Notes: generated from the sequence alone by a model not told the origin. 56,067 nt of DNA from Thermoplasmata archaeon (GCA_021818765.1 JAKATM010000001.1:1-56067), one strand, 5' to 3'. Shown: positions 44,901-53,645, counted from the stretch's first letter. Translations and numbers: made by a program.

Positions 44901-45686
44901 TCAATAAAGGAAATTAGAGGCAGTGTAATACATGCCTGCAACCATGTCAAATCCTGAGGTGTGACCGATTCTTTTCAGGTCAAAGATCTTGTCATCCGTG
45001 TTAGCTCCGCAGTCCATTGCATGAAGTACTTCCAGTAGTGGCTGCGGGAAATAACCGTCAAGTCCGTCCAGAAGCATAGTTCTCGAAAATGCATTATTAT
45101 ATCTGGATATAAGAGGGCGAAGACTTTCAGTGCTAAGTCCAGTAAGCTGCATTACGGCAATAGATCCCAGAATAAAGTCATCCCCGGAGGGTGTCAACCC
45201 GAACCCGATTCCCAAAAGAGTTCTCGTGGCATCCTCTACCGATCTGCACGTTCGAATCCTCTTCGCCTGTTCTTCCAGGACAGCTGCCTCAAATCCTTCC
45301 GCTGGTCGTTCAACGATATATCCTTCGGCTAAAAGGACAGCACCCATTATGCTTCTTTCCCGGGGAATAATGTGATTCCTGAGCGAGTTCCTGATAGCCA
45401 AGGTACTTGCTCCGCCTTCTGGATGGAGAGCGAGGTCAATCCTGTTAGTCATGAGGGCTTCAAAGCTGTCGGTATGCAGTATGTCGCCGTCGAATTCTGC
45501 ATTGCTAATCGCTGGAATCCGATCCGTATCCAGGACAACTGATGATGCCGTGAGGATACCTTTCCTATTTAGAAGAGTGACCACGCGTCCACCAAACTCA
45601 AGGTTAACTGCCCTCAATGAACTGTGAAGAATGCTTCCAGTGCCGGAGGGTGGGGCTCGAAGACCGGTTTTCAGAACTTCAATCAT
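44901..45686 (-). CDS. DUF2877 protein (E. coli YlbF/AllH-like)
   Basis: 261 aa. ..LLGIGFGLTPSGDDFILG.. and ..IGHTSGFDMVAG.. match my recollection of the DUF2877 signature. ATGA overlap with the DUF1116 gene. Confidence 0.65.
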   Translation of the reverse strand: MIEVLKTGLRAPPSGTGSILHSSLRAVNLEFGGRVVTLLNRKGILTASSVVLDTDRIPAISNAEFDGDILHTDSFEALMTNRIDLALHPEGGASTLAIRNSLRNHIIPRERSIMGAVLLAEGYIVERPAEGFEAAVLEEQAKRIRTCRSVEDATRTLLGIGFGLTPSGDDFILGSIAVMQLTGLSTESLRPLISRYNNAFSRTMLLDGLDGYFPQPLLEVLHAMDCGANTDDKIFDLKRIGHTSGFDMVAGMYYTASNFLY

Positions 45687-46921
45687 AGACCATATGCTGC
45701 TGCGTACTCCTTCAGGGCATCATTGAAAGCTTTGAGTGGTGGATGCGATATTCCACCTCCGATCTGCCCTATGCCAGCTTGCTTGTGTGCTATTCCCGTG
45801 TTAATCGTTGGTAATATATTTGTCTCGTTCACCTTCAGTATGTCAATACCGAGAGGTGCACCACGGAAATCCATTGCCGGAATCAAGATATCCTTGCTCT
45901 GTCCGTACGTTATCTTGTAACCAAGCTCCGTCGCATGGATTGCATCTTTCACAGTTCCGCCCACAAACCTCGTAACTGATGGGGCGGCTGCTGAAGACAA
46001 CCCTCCAAGGCCAAGCGTTTCCATTATGGCGCTGTCGCCAAAGTCTCCGGCAGCATCTTTCTGGCTGAAACCTGCGAAAAAGAGACCGACAGGCGGTTCA
46101 ACCCTTCCGGTGAACCATTTTCCCTTCAGTCCACTGACCTGTATACCGAAATTGACGCCGTTCCTGGTCATCCTTGTAACAACTGTGGAATACTTGATCC
46201 CATCTGCGGGGTCTGCAAGTGCTTTCATTGCCGGCATTGCAAGGTTCAGGAAAAATTGCTCCCTCTCGGCAATGAATTTAAAAATTTCCCTGGCATTAGG
46301 AAGCTCTAGAAGATTCCCAGATATGGCTGACAGGAATAACAGAGACGATGCCCTGTATCTCTGGTGAAGCTCGTCTCCCATCTGAACACCCTCGGCTGCG
46401 ATGTTCTTCAGGTCAACAGGGTTTTTCTTTACAACTTCCTTAAGCGCCGGACCTAATTTCTCGTTCATCCAGTTCAGGCGCTCCAATACTTCCTTTCCAG
46501 TAGCTCCGAACCTAAGGATCTTTCCCCTGCCCTCATGAAGGTTGCAGTAGGTCCTGTTCCCAAATTCAGGGTTCTCTATCACAGCGACGTACATTCCAGA
46601 AGTTGTTATTCCTGCCATCGGGCCGACTGAGTTCATCTCATGGCAGGGCTTGAATTCAAAATCACCCTTCCTTGCCATTTTATCCGCCTGCTCCAGGCTA
46701 TCTGCCTTGCCTTCGAACATTAAGGCACCCTGCACCGCTGCTTTCATTGGATCGATCATGTCAGCATATGCAATCGGTGGACCTGCATGCAGAATGGTGT
46801 TTTCCTTCATACCTGGAATAACCTTTCCAGCGTAATTGAAATCTCTCAGCATCGCTTTGCCCCTGTTCATAATGTCAAATGCCTTCTTGTTTGCCTTCTC
46901 TATTTCATCACTAACATCCAT
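45683..46921 (-). CDS. DUF1116 protein (E. coli YlbE/AllG-like)
   Basis: 412 aa. N-terminus ..ANKKAFDIMNRGKAMLRDFNYAGKVIPGMKENTILHAGPPI.. resembles YlbE-family proteins. It lies between the fdrA and DUF2877 genes, as in enterobacterial fdrA-ylbE-ylbF. Confidence 0.7.
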   Translation of the reverse strand: MDVSDEIEKANKKAFDIMNRGKAMLRDFNYAGKVIPGMKENTILHAGPPIAYADMIDPMKAAVQGALMFEGKADSLEQADKMARKGDFEFKPCHEMNSVGPMAGITTSGMYVAVIENPEFGNRTYCNLHEGRGKILRFGATGKEVLERLNWMNEKLGPALKEVVKKNPVDLKNIAAEGVQMGDELHQRYRASSLLFLSAISGNLLELPNAREIFKFIAEREQFFLNLAMPAMKALADPADGIKYSTVVTRMTRNGVNFGIQVSGLKGKWFTGRVEPPVGLFFAGFSQKDAAGDFGDSAIMETLGLGGLSSAAAPSVTRFVGGTVKDAIHATELGYKITYGQSKDILIPAMDFRGAPLGIDILKVNETNILPTINTGIAHKQAGIGQIGGGISHPPLKAFNDALKEYAAAYGL

Positions 46922-46926
46922 TTACA

Positions 46927-47088
46927 TCACTTCCTTCCTAGTTTCTTCAATATTGATGATATGTCCTTATCTATCTTGGCTGGGGGAGACCAGTCCAGAT
47001 TATAGTGCTCTATTCCCTGGTCCTCCAGCGGTTTCACAAACCAGCTTGTTCCGACGTTAAAAACTTTCAGTTTCTTTTCCTCTTTCAT
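46927..47088 (-). CDS. Unannotated 53-aa ORF between fdrA and the DUF1116 gene (possible detached FdrA C-terminal segment)
   Basis: Hand translation gives MKEEKKLKVFNVGTSWFVKPLEDQGIEHYNLDWSPPAKIDKDISSILKKLGRK. The ATG at 47088 is preceded by GAGGTGA, which overlaps the fdrA stop. Its own stop lies 5 nt before the DUF1116 ATG. Under 60 aa, so not in the ORF track. Confidence 0.55.
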   Translation of the reverse strand: MKEEKKLKVFNVGTSWFVKPLEDQGIEHYNLDWSPPAKIDKDISSILKKLGRK

Positions 47089-47093
47089 TTTGT

Positions 47094-48557
47094 TCACCTC
47101 ATCAGGCTTGCAGCATACTCAGCTGCCCTTGCTGCTGATCTGAACACTACGACGCCTTTATCTTCAAGCCTTTTTCTAATCGACTGGTACCCCTGACTAT
47201 CTCTCTCTGTTCCGCAGATCGATGCGACTAAAACCGGTCCCTCATTCATCTTGTCAAGACCTGCTATAGGATCTTGAGCGGAACCGTAGCCAAGGATGAT
47301 GTCGAAAAGTATGACTCTGACATCCTTGCGATTACTATCCCTTACGAGGAAAGAGTTCCTGGAAACTGGGTCGATCATTGGATGTGGCTTTCCAGCAACG
47401 TACTCCTCAGCGCCGGTATCAATGCACACATTCAGTTTGTCGAAATCCTTTTCGACCTTGTATTGGTTGTCTGTAGGGGCGTTTGAATAGACATGCACTC
47501 CTTTCTCATGAAGGATGGCCTGTGCCTGGTAACACAGACTTCCGCCGACGAAAAAACCTCGAAGTAGTTTTCTCTCTTTTCCGGGTTCCTTGACCTTCGG
47601 GAAGGCCTCCTGTTGAACCTTGTCTCCTTTACCAATCTTGTTCATGAGGTGGGATACGGCATCATCTATGTTACCTGTTACATACGTGTTACCAGAGGTA
47701 TATTGCTTATCGCTTCCTAGAGAGATGAACACTGAAGGTATGTTACCCATGGATTCGAGCAGTATCCTTTGAACGGAGGGATCCGGTTTTTTGCACACAA
47801 GTGCAATTGCAGAGCATCGTTCTTTTAGAAAATTTAGCGCCTGCTTTGACATAATACCATTTATCGACTCCTTTAGGTCATTACTTCCAACACCGATAGC
47901 ATAAGAAACACCCAATCCGTTTCTGTCCATTAAAACTGACAGCTCCTGGATGCCTGTTCCAGATGATCCTATTATGCCTATGTCACCAGTTGTCCCAAGT
48001 GCGTTGGAGAATCCCAGTCCCTTTCCTTGTATGATAGATGTTCCGCAATCCGGACCCATCACAAAAAGACCCTTGCTGGCACCCTTAGATTTGAGTTTTA
48101 GCTCCTGTTCAATAGGAACGTTGCTGCTGAATATATGAACATTTGCACCAGAATCAAGGCTCTTATCCGCGACATCATAGGCATACTCGCCGGGTGTTGA
48201 TATAAAGACCACTGGAAAATCCTCTGTAGAAATCAGGTCCGGCAGGCCGTCAAGGGTGTAGCTGGCCTTATGCTGGACAATACCTGTATCTATCAGGTTG
48301 ATAGCGCTTTTTATTGCCTCTTCGCATATCTGATCCGAGTTAGCTTCAACTGCAATGATTATCGAATTGCCGCTAATGCCTGATGGGGGGTGAAAACCGG
48401 CCATCGCCAGAAATGAAATGTTTTCGGCTGTTGCAACCATACAACTGGCCTTGGATATGCCTTGAATCTTTTCTATCTCCCTGCTGATCTGCATCAGCAG
48501 TACCGAATCAATATATCTTCCCTCTATTACATGATATTTCTCTTTCAAATTTACCAC
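47094..48557 (-). CDS. fdrA: FdrA-family protein (acyl-CoA synthetase/succinyl-CoA synthetase-alpha-like fold; AllF-like)
   Basis: 487 aa with a GTG start. ..YIDSVLLMQISREI.., ..MGPDCGTSII.G..LGF.N.., ..IGIIGSSGTGIQE.. and ..GKPHPMIDP.. match FdrA-family features as I recall them. Confidence 0.75.
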   Translation of the reverse strand: MVNLKEKYHVIEGRYIDSVLLMQISREIEKIQGISKASCMVATAENISFLAMAGFHPPSGISGNSIIIAVEANSDQICEEAIKSAINLIDTGIVQHKASYTLDGLPDLISTEDFPVVFISTPGEYAYDVADKSLDSGANVHIFSSNVPIEQELKLKSKGASKGLFVMGPDCGTSIIQGKGLGFSNALGTTGDIGIIGSSGTGIQELSVLMDRNGLGVSYAIGVGSNDLKESINGIMSKQALNFLKERCSAIALVCKKPDPSVQRILLESMGNIPSVFISLGSDKQYTSGNTYVTGNIDDAVSHLMNKIGKGDKVQQEAFPKVKEPGKERKLLRGFFVGGSLCYQAQAILHEKGVHVYSNAPTDNQYKVEKDFDKLNVCIDTGAEEYVAGKPHPMIDPVSRNSFLVRDSNRKDVRVILFDIILGYGSAQDPIAGLDKMNEGPVLVASICGTERDSQGYQSIRKRLEDKGVVVFRSAARAAEYAASLMR

Positions 48558-48619
48558 CTGAATGCAGAATTAGATAGTATTGCAATTCCATACATAATCT
48601 TAATATGAAAAATATTTAA

Positions 48620-48637
48620 GTGGATCACAAGATCCAC
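48620..48637 (-). promoter_or_regulatory. 7-bp hairpin followed by an A/T tract between the membrane gene and fdrA
   Basis: GTGGATC-ACAA-GATCCAC. On the coding (minus) strand it is followed by TTAAATATTTTTCATATTA. This could be a partial terminator or attenuator, or the A/T tract could be a TATA box for fdrA. Confidence 0.25.
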
Positions 48638-48670
48638 CGTACCTTTGTTGCACTGACAAGGAATGCGCTA

Positions 48671-49228
48671 CTAGGCAGGTACCTCCTTGATCATAGCCAT
48701 CCTTACCTGAAGGTATCCGAAAATCGGCCCTATAGCGTTAACCACGAAAGATGAGATGAAGGCCGCGTAGATATTCCCAGGTATAAAGCCAAAGCCGCCA
48801 AAGTAAGTGCTGAAGAATGTTGCAAACCCATAGAATATGGCAGGCGTATATTTTATCGGATTCCAGTATCTGGTGCCCCATAGTATAGGCTGGTTTACCA
48901 GGAAGATGATTATCCCATCATAGAAAATCATTAATGGAAGGTTTGCAGCATGCGGGTTAACTATATTCATCAGGGAGCCACCGGCAAATCCCCAAATGTC
49001 TCCCCAAAGTATGGCCACATACATCTTCTTGAATGTTGGCATTGCCTGCCCCTTTCCACCTCCGCCTGCGGCAAAATATCCTGCCCATGTGATGAACACA
49101 CCCCAGGGCGGGAACATCAGGGCATAAGGTTTGGGAAGTACCCCTGAGATTACAAACGCTGCCGTCAATCCAGCCAAAAAGGCTCCAGTTATAGCTGTCG
49201 GTATTATTTCCTTTGTTTTTGTTGCCAC
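48671..49228 (-). CDS. Polytopic membrane protein, tentatively DUF1097 (YcdZ-like)
   Basis: 185 aa with about 5-6 TM helices. ..ITWAGYFAAGGGGKG.. resembles the W-x-G-F..YFA..GG-x-KG segment I recall from E. coli YcdZ. It lies 7 nt downstream of the amidohydrolase gene. Confidence 0.45.
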   Translation of the reverse strand: MATKTKEIIPTAITGAFLAGLTAAFVISGVLPKPYALMFPPWGVFITWAGYFAAGGGGKGQAMPTFKKMYVAILWGDIWGFAGGSLMNIVNPHAANLPLMIFYDGIIIFLVNQPILWGTRYWNPIKYTPAIFYGFATFFSTYFGGFGFIPGNIYAAFISSFVVNAIGPIFGYLQVRMAMIKEVPA

Positions 49229-49235
49229 TACTCTA

Positions 49236-50486
49236 TCACATCCAGTTTTTGAGCTCTAAAAGCTCGCTTCTGTAGACTACTTTTCCTTTTTTGATAACGT
49301 ATTTCCTCACGGGAACATCGAGGAATATATCAGACATTGCCTTTGTTCCTAGCACGACCAGGTCGGCTTGTTTTCCAACTGCCATTCCGTAATTGTCGGA
49401 TATCCTGAGTATCTTTGCTGCATTCTCTGTTATCATCTTAAGAAGCAATTTCTGATCAGATATGGAACCAAGCTGCGCTGCGTGCTCGAATAGTGAACCT
49501 ATCATCAACAGGTCTCCCCTTCCGAAAGGCGTGAAGGCATTTCTGATGTTGTTTGAAGAGAAAGCCACGTTTACACCACCATCGACAAACGGTTTTGGAT
49601 TTATGACTCCTCTCCTGACCTTATTAACGTCCCCTCTGCCGCTCAGGTACATGTCGGTTGCCGGCAGCGGCACTATGTTGATGCCTGCTTTTGCCATCCT
49701 TGCGATTGTATCTTTCAAAAGTGCAGGATCAATACTTGATAGCGAGGTCATGTGCCCAACTGTGACTCTTCCCTGGTAACCTTCCTTTATCGTCTTTTCT
49801 ATTATGTAATCAATGGATCTATATCTGAGATCATCCGGATTATCTCCGAAGTCAGCATGGAAGTCGAGGTCCTTTTTATACTTCCTGGCAAGACCGAATA
49901 CGAGATCAACGTGCTTCTTCGTGTCTTCGTATGAATTCTCGTTATAAGGACAGCCCCCTACGACGTCTGCGCCGAGTTTCATGGCCTCTTCGAGAATTTC
50001 GAACGCCCCAGGCAGCTTGATTATTCCCTCCTGTGGGAAAGCCACCACCTGCATATCGACGGCATTAGCGTATTCCTTCTTGAGCTGAAGCATGACCTTG
50101 AAGCCTGTCAGTCCACCAAGAGGATCCGTGTCCGGATGCGCCCTTACATAAGTAGTGCCGTGTGCGATTAGCATTTCAAGCACAGCCCGGGATCTGGCAA
50201 GGACTTCATCGTACTGGAATCCTTTCTTCAGTTCACCAGTTATTTTGATTGCGCCTGCAAGCGTTCCCTCTAGATTTGGTTTAACTCTCTCTAGCAGTGC
50301 CTTGTCCAGATGAATGTGGCTTTCGATAAAAGACGGGACAACCACATCGCCGTTTACGTCTATTACATTGGCCGCGGACAAATTCTTGTCGATCTTAGAT
50401 ATCTTTCCTCCTGATATCCCAATATCAACCAAGTCCTTGTCGTCGTCAATTCTAGCCCTTTTTATAACGAGGTCAAAACCTGTCAT
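49236..50486 (-). CDS. Amidohydrolase-superfamily enzyme, cytosine deaminase (CodA)/AtzC-like
   Basis: 416 aa. ..VVPSFIESHIHLDKALL.. (HxH metal site followed by LDK/T as in CodA), ..DFHADF.., ..VTVGHMTSL.. and the late Asp region ..VAFSSNNIRNAFTPFG... Confidence 0.8.
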   Translation of the reverse strand: MTGFDLVIKRARIDDDKDLVDIGISGGKISKIDKNLSAANVIDVNGDVVVPSFIESHIHLDKALLERVKPNLEGTLAGAIKITGELKKGFQYDEVLARSRAVLEMLIAHGTTYVRAHPDTDPLGGLTGFKVMLQLKKEYANAVDMQVVAFPQEGIIKLPGAFEILEEAMKLGADVVGGCPYNENSYEDTKKHVDLVFGLARKYKKDLDFHADFGDNPDDLRYRSIDYIIEKTIKEGYQGRVTVGHMTSLSSIDPALLKDTIARMAKAGINIVPLPATDMYLSGRGDVNKVRRGVINPKPFVDGGVNVAFSSNNIRNAFTPFGRGDLLMIGSLFEHAAQLGSISDQKLLLKMITENAAKILRISDNYGMAVGKQADLVVLGTKAMSDIFLDVPVRKYVIKKGKVVYRSELLELKNWM

Positions 50487-50575
50487 ATTTCCCCTCCGGG
50501 ATTAAGTATTTTCAGCATGTATATTGAATTTTGTATTAGACCAGTTCAATGCCGGCATAAACATGCGTGTCATTC

Positions 50576-50584
50576 ACTGTCAGT
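50576..50584. promoter_or_regulatory. Palindromic 9-mer ACTGTCAGT, copy 1, in the divergent promoter region
   Basis: ACTG-T-CAGT with flanking ATAT. It forms an inverted pair with the copy at 50761-50769: the reverse complement of copy 1 plus flank, ATATACTGACAGT, versus TTATACTGTCAGT. Confidence 0.3.
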
Positions 50585-50760
50585 ATATCATCATTCAGGG
50601 TTGGCTCTTTAGAATGTGATTTTATTATTATATTTGACCATAGATAAAACAATGAAATAAGATCAAGTGCGATACGACAATCGACGACAATTATATTAGG
50701 TTTATAGTAATTATAAACACGAATTTTCAATTTTAATTGCTTTTATCCAAAGTATATTAT

Positions 50761-50769
50761 ACTGTCAGT
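50761..50769. promoter_or_regulatory. Palindromic 9-mer ACTGTCAGT, copy 2
   Basis: Identical 9-mer 185 nt from copy 1. It lies upstream of the carbamate kinase TATA-like box (AAATATTTAAA, about 50838-50848). Confidence 0.3.
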
Positions 50770-50885
50770 TTCAATGGTCGCCCAGCTTCCAGATCCGCAG
50801 AATTATGAAGAAAAGAGAACATTCCAGTTCCAGATCAAATATTTAAACCCGGCCGTATTGGGCTAACTTCTCATTGGGATCAATT

Positions 50886-51821
50886 ATGGAAAGAATCGTG
50901 ATAGCTTTTGGAGGAAACGCTCTTTTGAGGAGCGGGGACAAGGCGACGTATGAAATTCAGTTGAAAAGAGCAAAAGAAGCATTCGAGAAGCTTGCAAACG
51001 TTATCCAGAACAACGAAGTGGTGATTTCCCACGGAAACGGCCCTCAGGTTGGAGGGATACTGCTCCAGAATGAAGCGTCGAAGAATATCACTCCATCATT
51101 ACCGCTACATTCATGCGGAGCAATGTCACAAGGGCTCATTGGAGAAATACTTCTTAACGCATATGATTCGGTAAGGTCACGGATTGGCTTTGAAAAGAAT
51201 GCTTCAGTAATAGTGACAAGAACTCTTGTCGATAAAAATGATCCCGCTTTTACGAACCCGAGTAAACCGATTGGCCCATTCTATAAGAAAGAAGAGGCAG
51301 AGGAACTTGCAAGAATTAATGACTGGATTGTAAGGGAAGAAAAAGGAAAAGGCTATCGCAGGATAGTCGCATCTCCTCGGCCGCTGGAGATTGTGGAAAG
51401 ACCGGCGATAATATCGCTTCTTATGAGTGGGCTTCTCCCCATTGCGTCTGGGGGTGGAGGTATACCGGTAGTAAAGTCTGATCACGGGTATTCAGGTGCA
51501 GATGCAGTGATAGACAAAGATCTTGCTTCATCGTTCCTGGCAATTACACTAAAGGCACAAAGATTTGTCATTCTCACGGATGTGGAAAATGTAATTCTCG
51601 ATTTTAGAACCAGTAATGAAAAAAAGCTCGGTAGGTTATCTGCAGGAGAGCTTGATAAGTACTACAAGGAGGGCCATTTCCCTGGAGGAAGCATGGGGCC
51701 AAAGGTCAGGGCAGTTGTAGAGTTTGTTAAGAAGACGGGCGGACACGCATCAATAGGCAGCCTGGATCAAGCCGAAGATGTTGTCATCGAAAAATCAGGA
51801 ACACAGGTATTTCCCGATTAA
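50886..51821 (+). CDS. arcC: Carbamate kinase
   Basis: MERIVIAFGGNALL.., ..VISHGNGPQVG.. and ..GGGGIPV.. are carbamate kinase signatures. ATG 50886 is preferred over the TTG at 50874 used by the ORF track. Confidence 0.9.
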   Translation: MERIVIAFGGNALLRSGDKATYEIQLKRAKEAFEKLANVIQNNEVVISHGNGPQVGGILLQNEASKNITPSLPLHSCGAMSQGLIGEILLNAYDSVRSRIGFEKNASVIVTRTLVDKNDPAFTNPSKPIGPFYKKEEAEELARINDWIVREEKGKGYRRIVASPRPLEIVERPAIISLLMSGLLPIASGGGGIPVVKSDHGYSGADAVIDKDLASSFLAITLKAQRFVILTDVENVILDFRTSNEKKLGRLSAGELDKYYKEGHFPGGSMGPKVRAVVEFVKKTGGHASIGSLDQAEDVVIEKSGTQVFPD

Positions 51822-52033
51822 TTTTCTGCAAAGGAACTCCAGTAATAGCGCATCGGGTTTCTTTTCCCTTAAGCTCATCTCCGGATTTCGGGATCGATGC
51901 TTCCAGACAAACAAATAATCTGAAGGCAACCTGCATGAGTGTACATTGACATTACGCACAAGCGATTGTTCTTGAAATCCGCTAATTCCTGAAACATTAA
52001 ACTTATCATTCTTATCTGCATTTCCAGCTAAGA

Positions 52034-53023
52034 ATGACTATGCCTAGAGTTGCAATAGTTTCTCTTGGCGGGACAATTTCAATGGCCAAGAAGGTTGACG
52101 CAGGTGTGGTGCCGAACCTTGATGCGGAAAGCCTGGTAACATCTCTCCCAGAATTAAGGGCTATTGCGGAGATAAAGACAGTGCCATTCCGAATGGTTGC
52201 ATCTTCCGGCCTTAAGTTTTCTGATCTCCTTGCCTTGCGCGAGGAGTTGGATAATTTGCTCAAGAATGAGGTTGATGCTGTTGTGGTAACCCAGGGCACT
52301 GACACGATAGAGGAGACCTCTTTTCTTCTAAATCTTACTATCCAGTCAGATAAGCCGGTCGTGGTAACAGGAGCGATGAGAGACCCGACCACTCCCGGAT
52401 CTGATGGTCAAGCTAACCTTATAGCTGCCTTACGTGTAGCTGTGAGCGGCTTTACGAGTGGTCTAGGAACAGTTGTTGTAATGAACGATGATATACATCA
52501 TTCAAGATACGTCAAGAAAACCCATACATCAAACCCTGCAGCTTTCAGTTCTTTCCCGCTTGGCCCAATAGGCTGGATTTCAGAGGATCGTGTGAGGATA
52601 GCATTGAAACCGGCAACTGAAAGATTTAGGATAACAGTGGATGCGGGAAGTCCAGAAAAGGAGGTCCTTCTATTCACAGTGTCGTTAGGCGATTCCGGGA
52701 GGCTTCTCGGTCATGCGGGAGAATTTGGATACGATGGTATTATCCTGGAGGCAATGGGAGCCGGACACGTCTATCCATCGATCCTGGATACATTGGAAAA
52801 GCTAGCCTCTATAATGCCCGTTGTTTTCGCATCCAGGACAAGAAATGGGGAAGTACTTGAAAAGACCTATTCTTTCCGAGGAAGCGAAAGTGATCTGCTT
52901 AAGCGAGGCCTTATATCCGCAAGATCATTGGATCCACTAAAGGCCAGGATCCTTCTTTACCTGCTCCTAAGATCGGGAAGATCAAAGGAAGAGATCAGGA
53001 ATGTCTTCAATAACTGGACATGA
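52034..53023 (+). CDS. L-asparaginase (type I family)
   Basis: 329 aa. ..VAIVSLGGTISM.. (catalytic Thr motif) and ..VVTQGTDTIEETSFLL.. (second Thr motif). Confidence 0.85.
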   Translation: MTMPRVAIVSLGGTISMAKKVDAGVVPNLDAESLVTSLPELRAIAEIKTVPFRMVASSGLKFSDLLALREELDNLLKNEVDAVVVTQGTDTIEETSFLLNLTIQSDKPVVVTGAMRDPTTPGSDGQANLIAALRVAVSGFTSGLGTVVVMNDDIHHSRYVKKTHTSNPAAFSSFPLGPIGWISEDRVRIALKPATERFRITVDAGSPEKEVLLFTVSLGDSGRLLGHAGEFGYDGIILEAMGAGHVYPSILDTLEKLASIMPVVFASRTRNGEVLEKTYSFRGSESDLLKRGLISARSLDPLKARILLYLLLRSGRSKEEIRNVFNNWT

Positions 53024-53164
53024 TTAAATATAGTCAGGCATTGTGAAGTTTTACATGATCCCGCCACACGTCCTCGCATATACGCGTAAATGATAGAAAA
53101 AGTGTCGGGATTGTCTATCAGGATGGGATGAAACATGTTTTAAGTTTCAAACAATACTGGTTGC

Positions 53165-53611
53165 ATGAAGGTATCGTTCAGGCAGGAAAAAGGGAAAGGA
53201 TTCGTATCGACTGTTGAAGGGAAAGAGACGATCACAATAGATGACCATTATGCAAACAGGCCAGAGATCTACAGCCCGACTGAACTTCTGCTTTTTGCGG
53301 CTGGTGCATGCAGCGGACCTGATGTTCTCGGGATACTGGAGAAGATGAAGCAGCAGGTCGAAAGGTATGAGTGCGAGATATCAGGCGAGCGAATGACAGA
53401 ATTTCCAAAGATTTTCAAATTTGTGAACGTCCACTACAAAGCCTGGGGAAAGGTTAAGCCCGAGGCCCTGAAAAAGGCTGCTAACCTCTCTCTTTCAAAA
53501 TACTGTCATGTTGGAATAACACTCGCGCGAGCAGGCGTTGATGTGACATACTCCTATTCAGTGAACGGCCAGACCATTGAGGAATTTCAGCATCCTGTTA
53601 ATGAAGAATGA
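53165..53611 (+). CDS. OsmC/Ohr-family protein
   Basis: 148 aa. ..SPTELLLFAAGACSGPDVL.. and ..LSKYCHVGITL.. carry the two conserved Cys of the OsmC family. Confidence 0.8.
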   Translation: MKVSFRQEKGKGFVSTVEGKETITIDDHYANRPEIYSPTELLLFAAGACSGPDVLGILEKMKQQVERYECEISGERMTEFPKIFKFVNVHYKAWGKVKPEALKKAANLSLSKYCHVGITLARAGVDVTYSYSVNGQTIEEFQHPVNEE

Positions 53612-53645
53612 TCCCTCTATGGATCTTTGGCAAATGATGATCTGA

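Noticed and set aside
50536-50730. 64-aa minus-strand ORF in the divergent promoter region of the catabolic cluster
   Set aside because: The stretch is very AT-rich, the composition is odd (Ile/Asn/Tyr runs) and there is no coupling or recognisable motif. It is more likely regulatory DNA.
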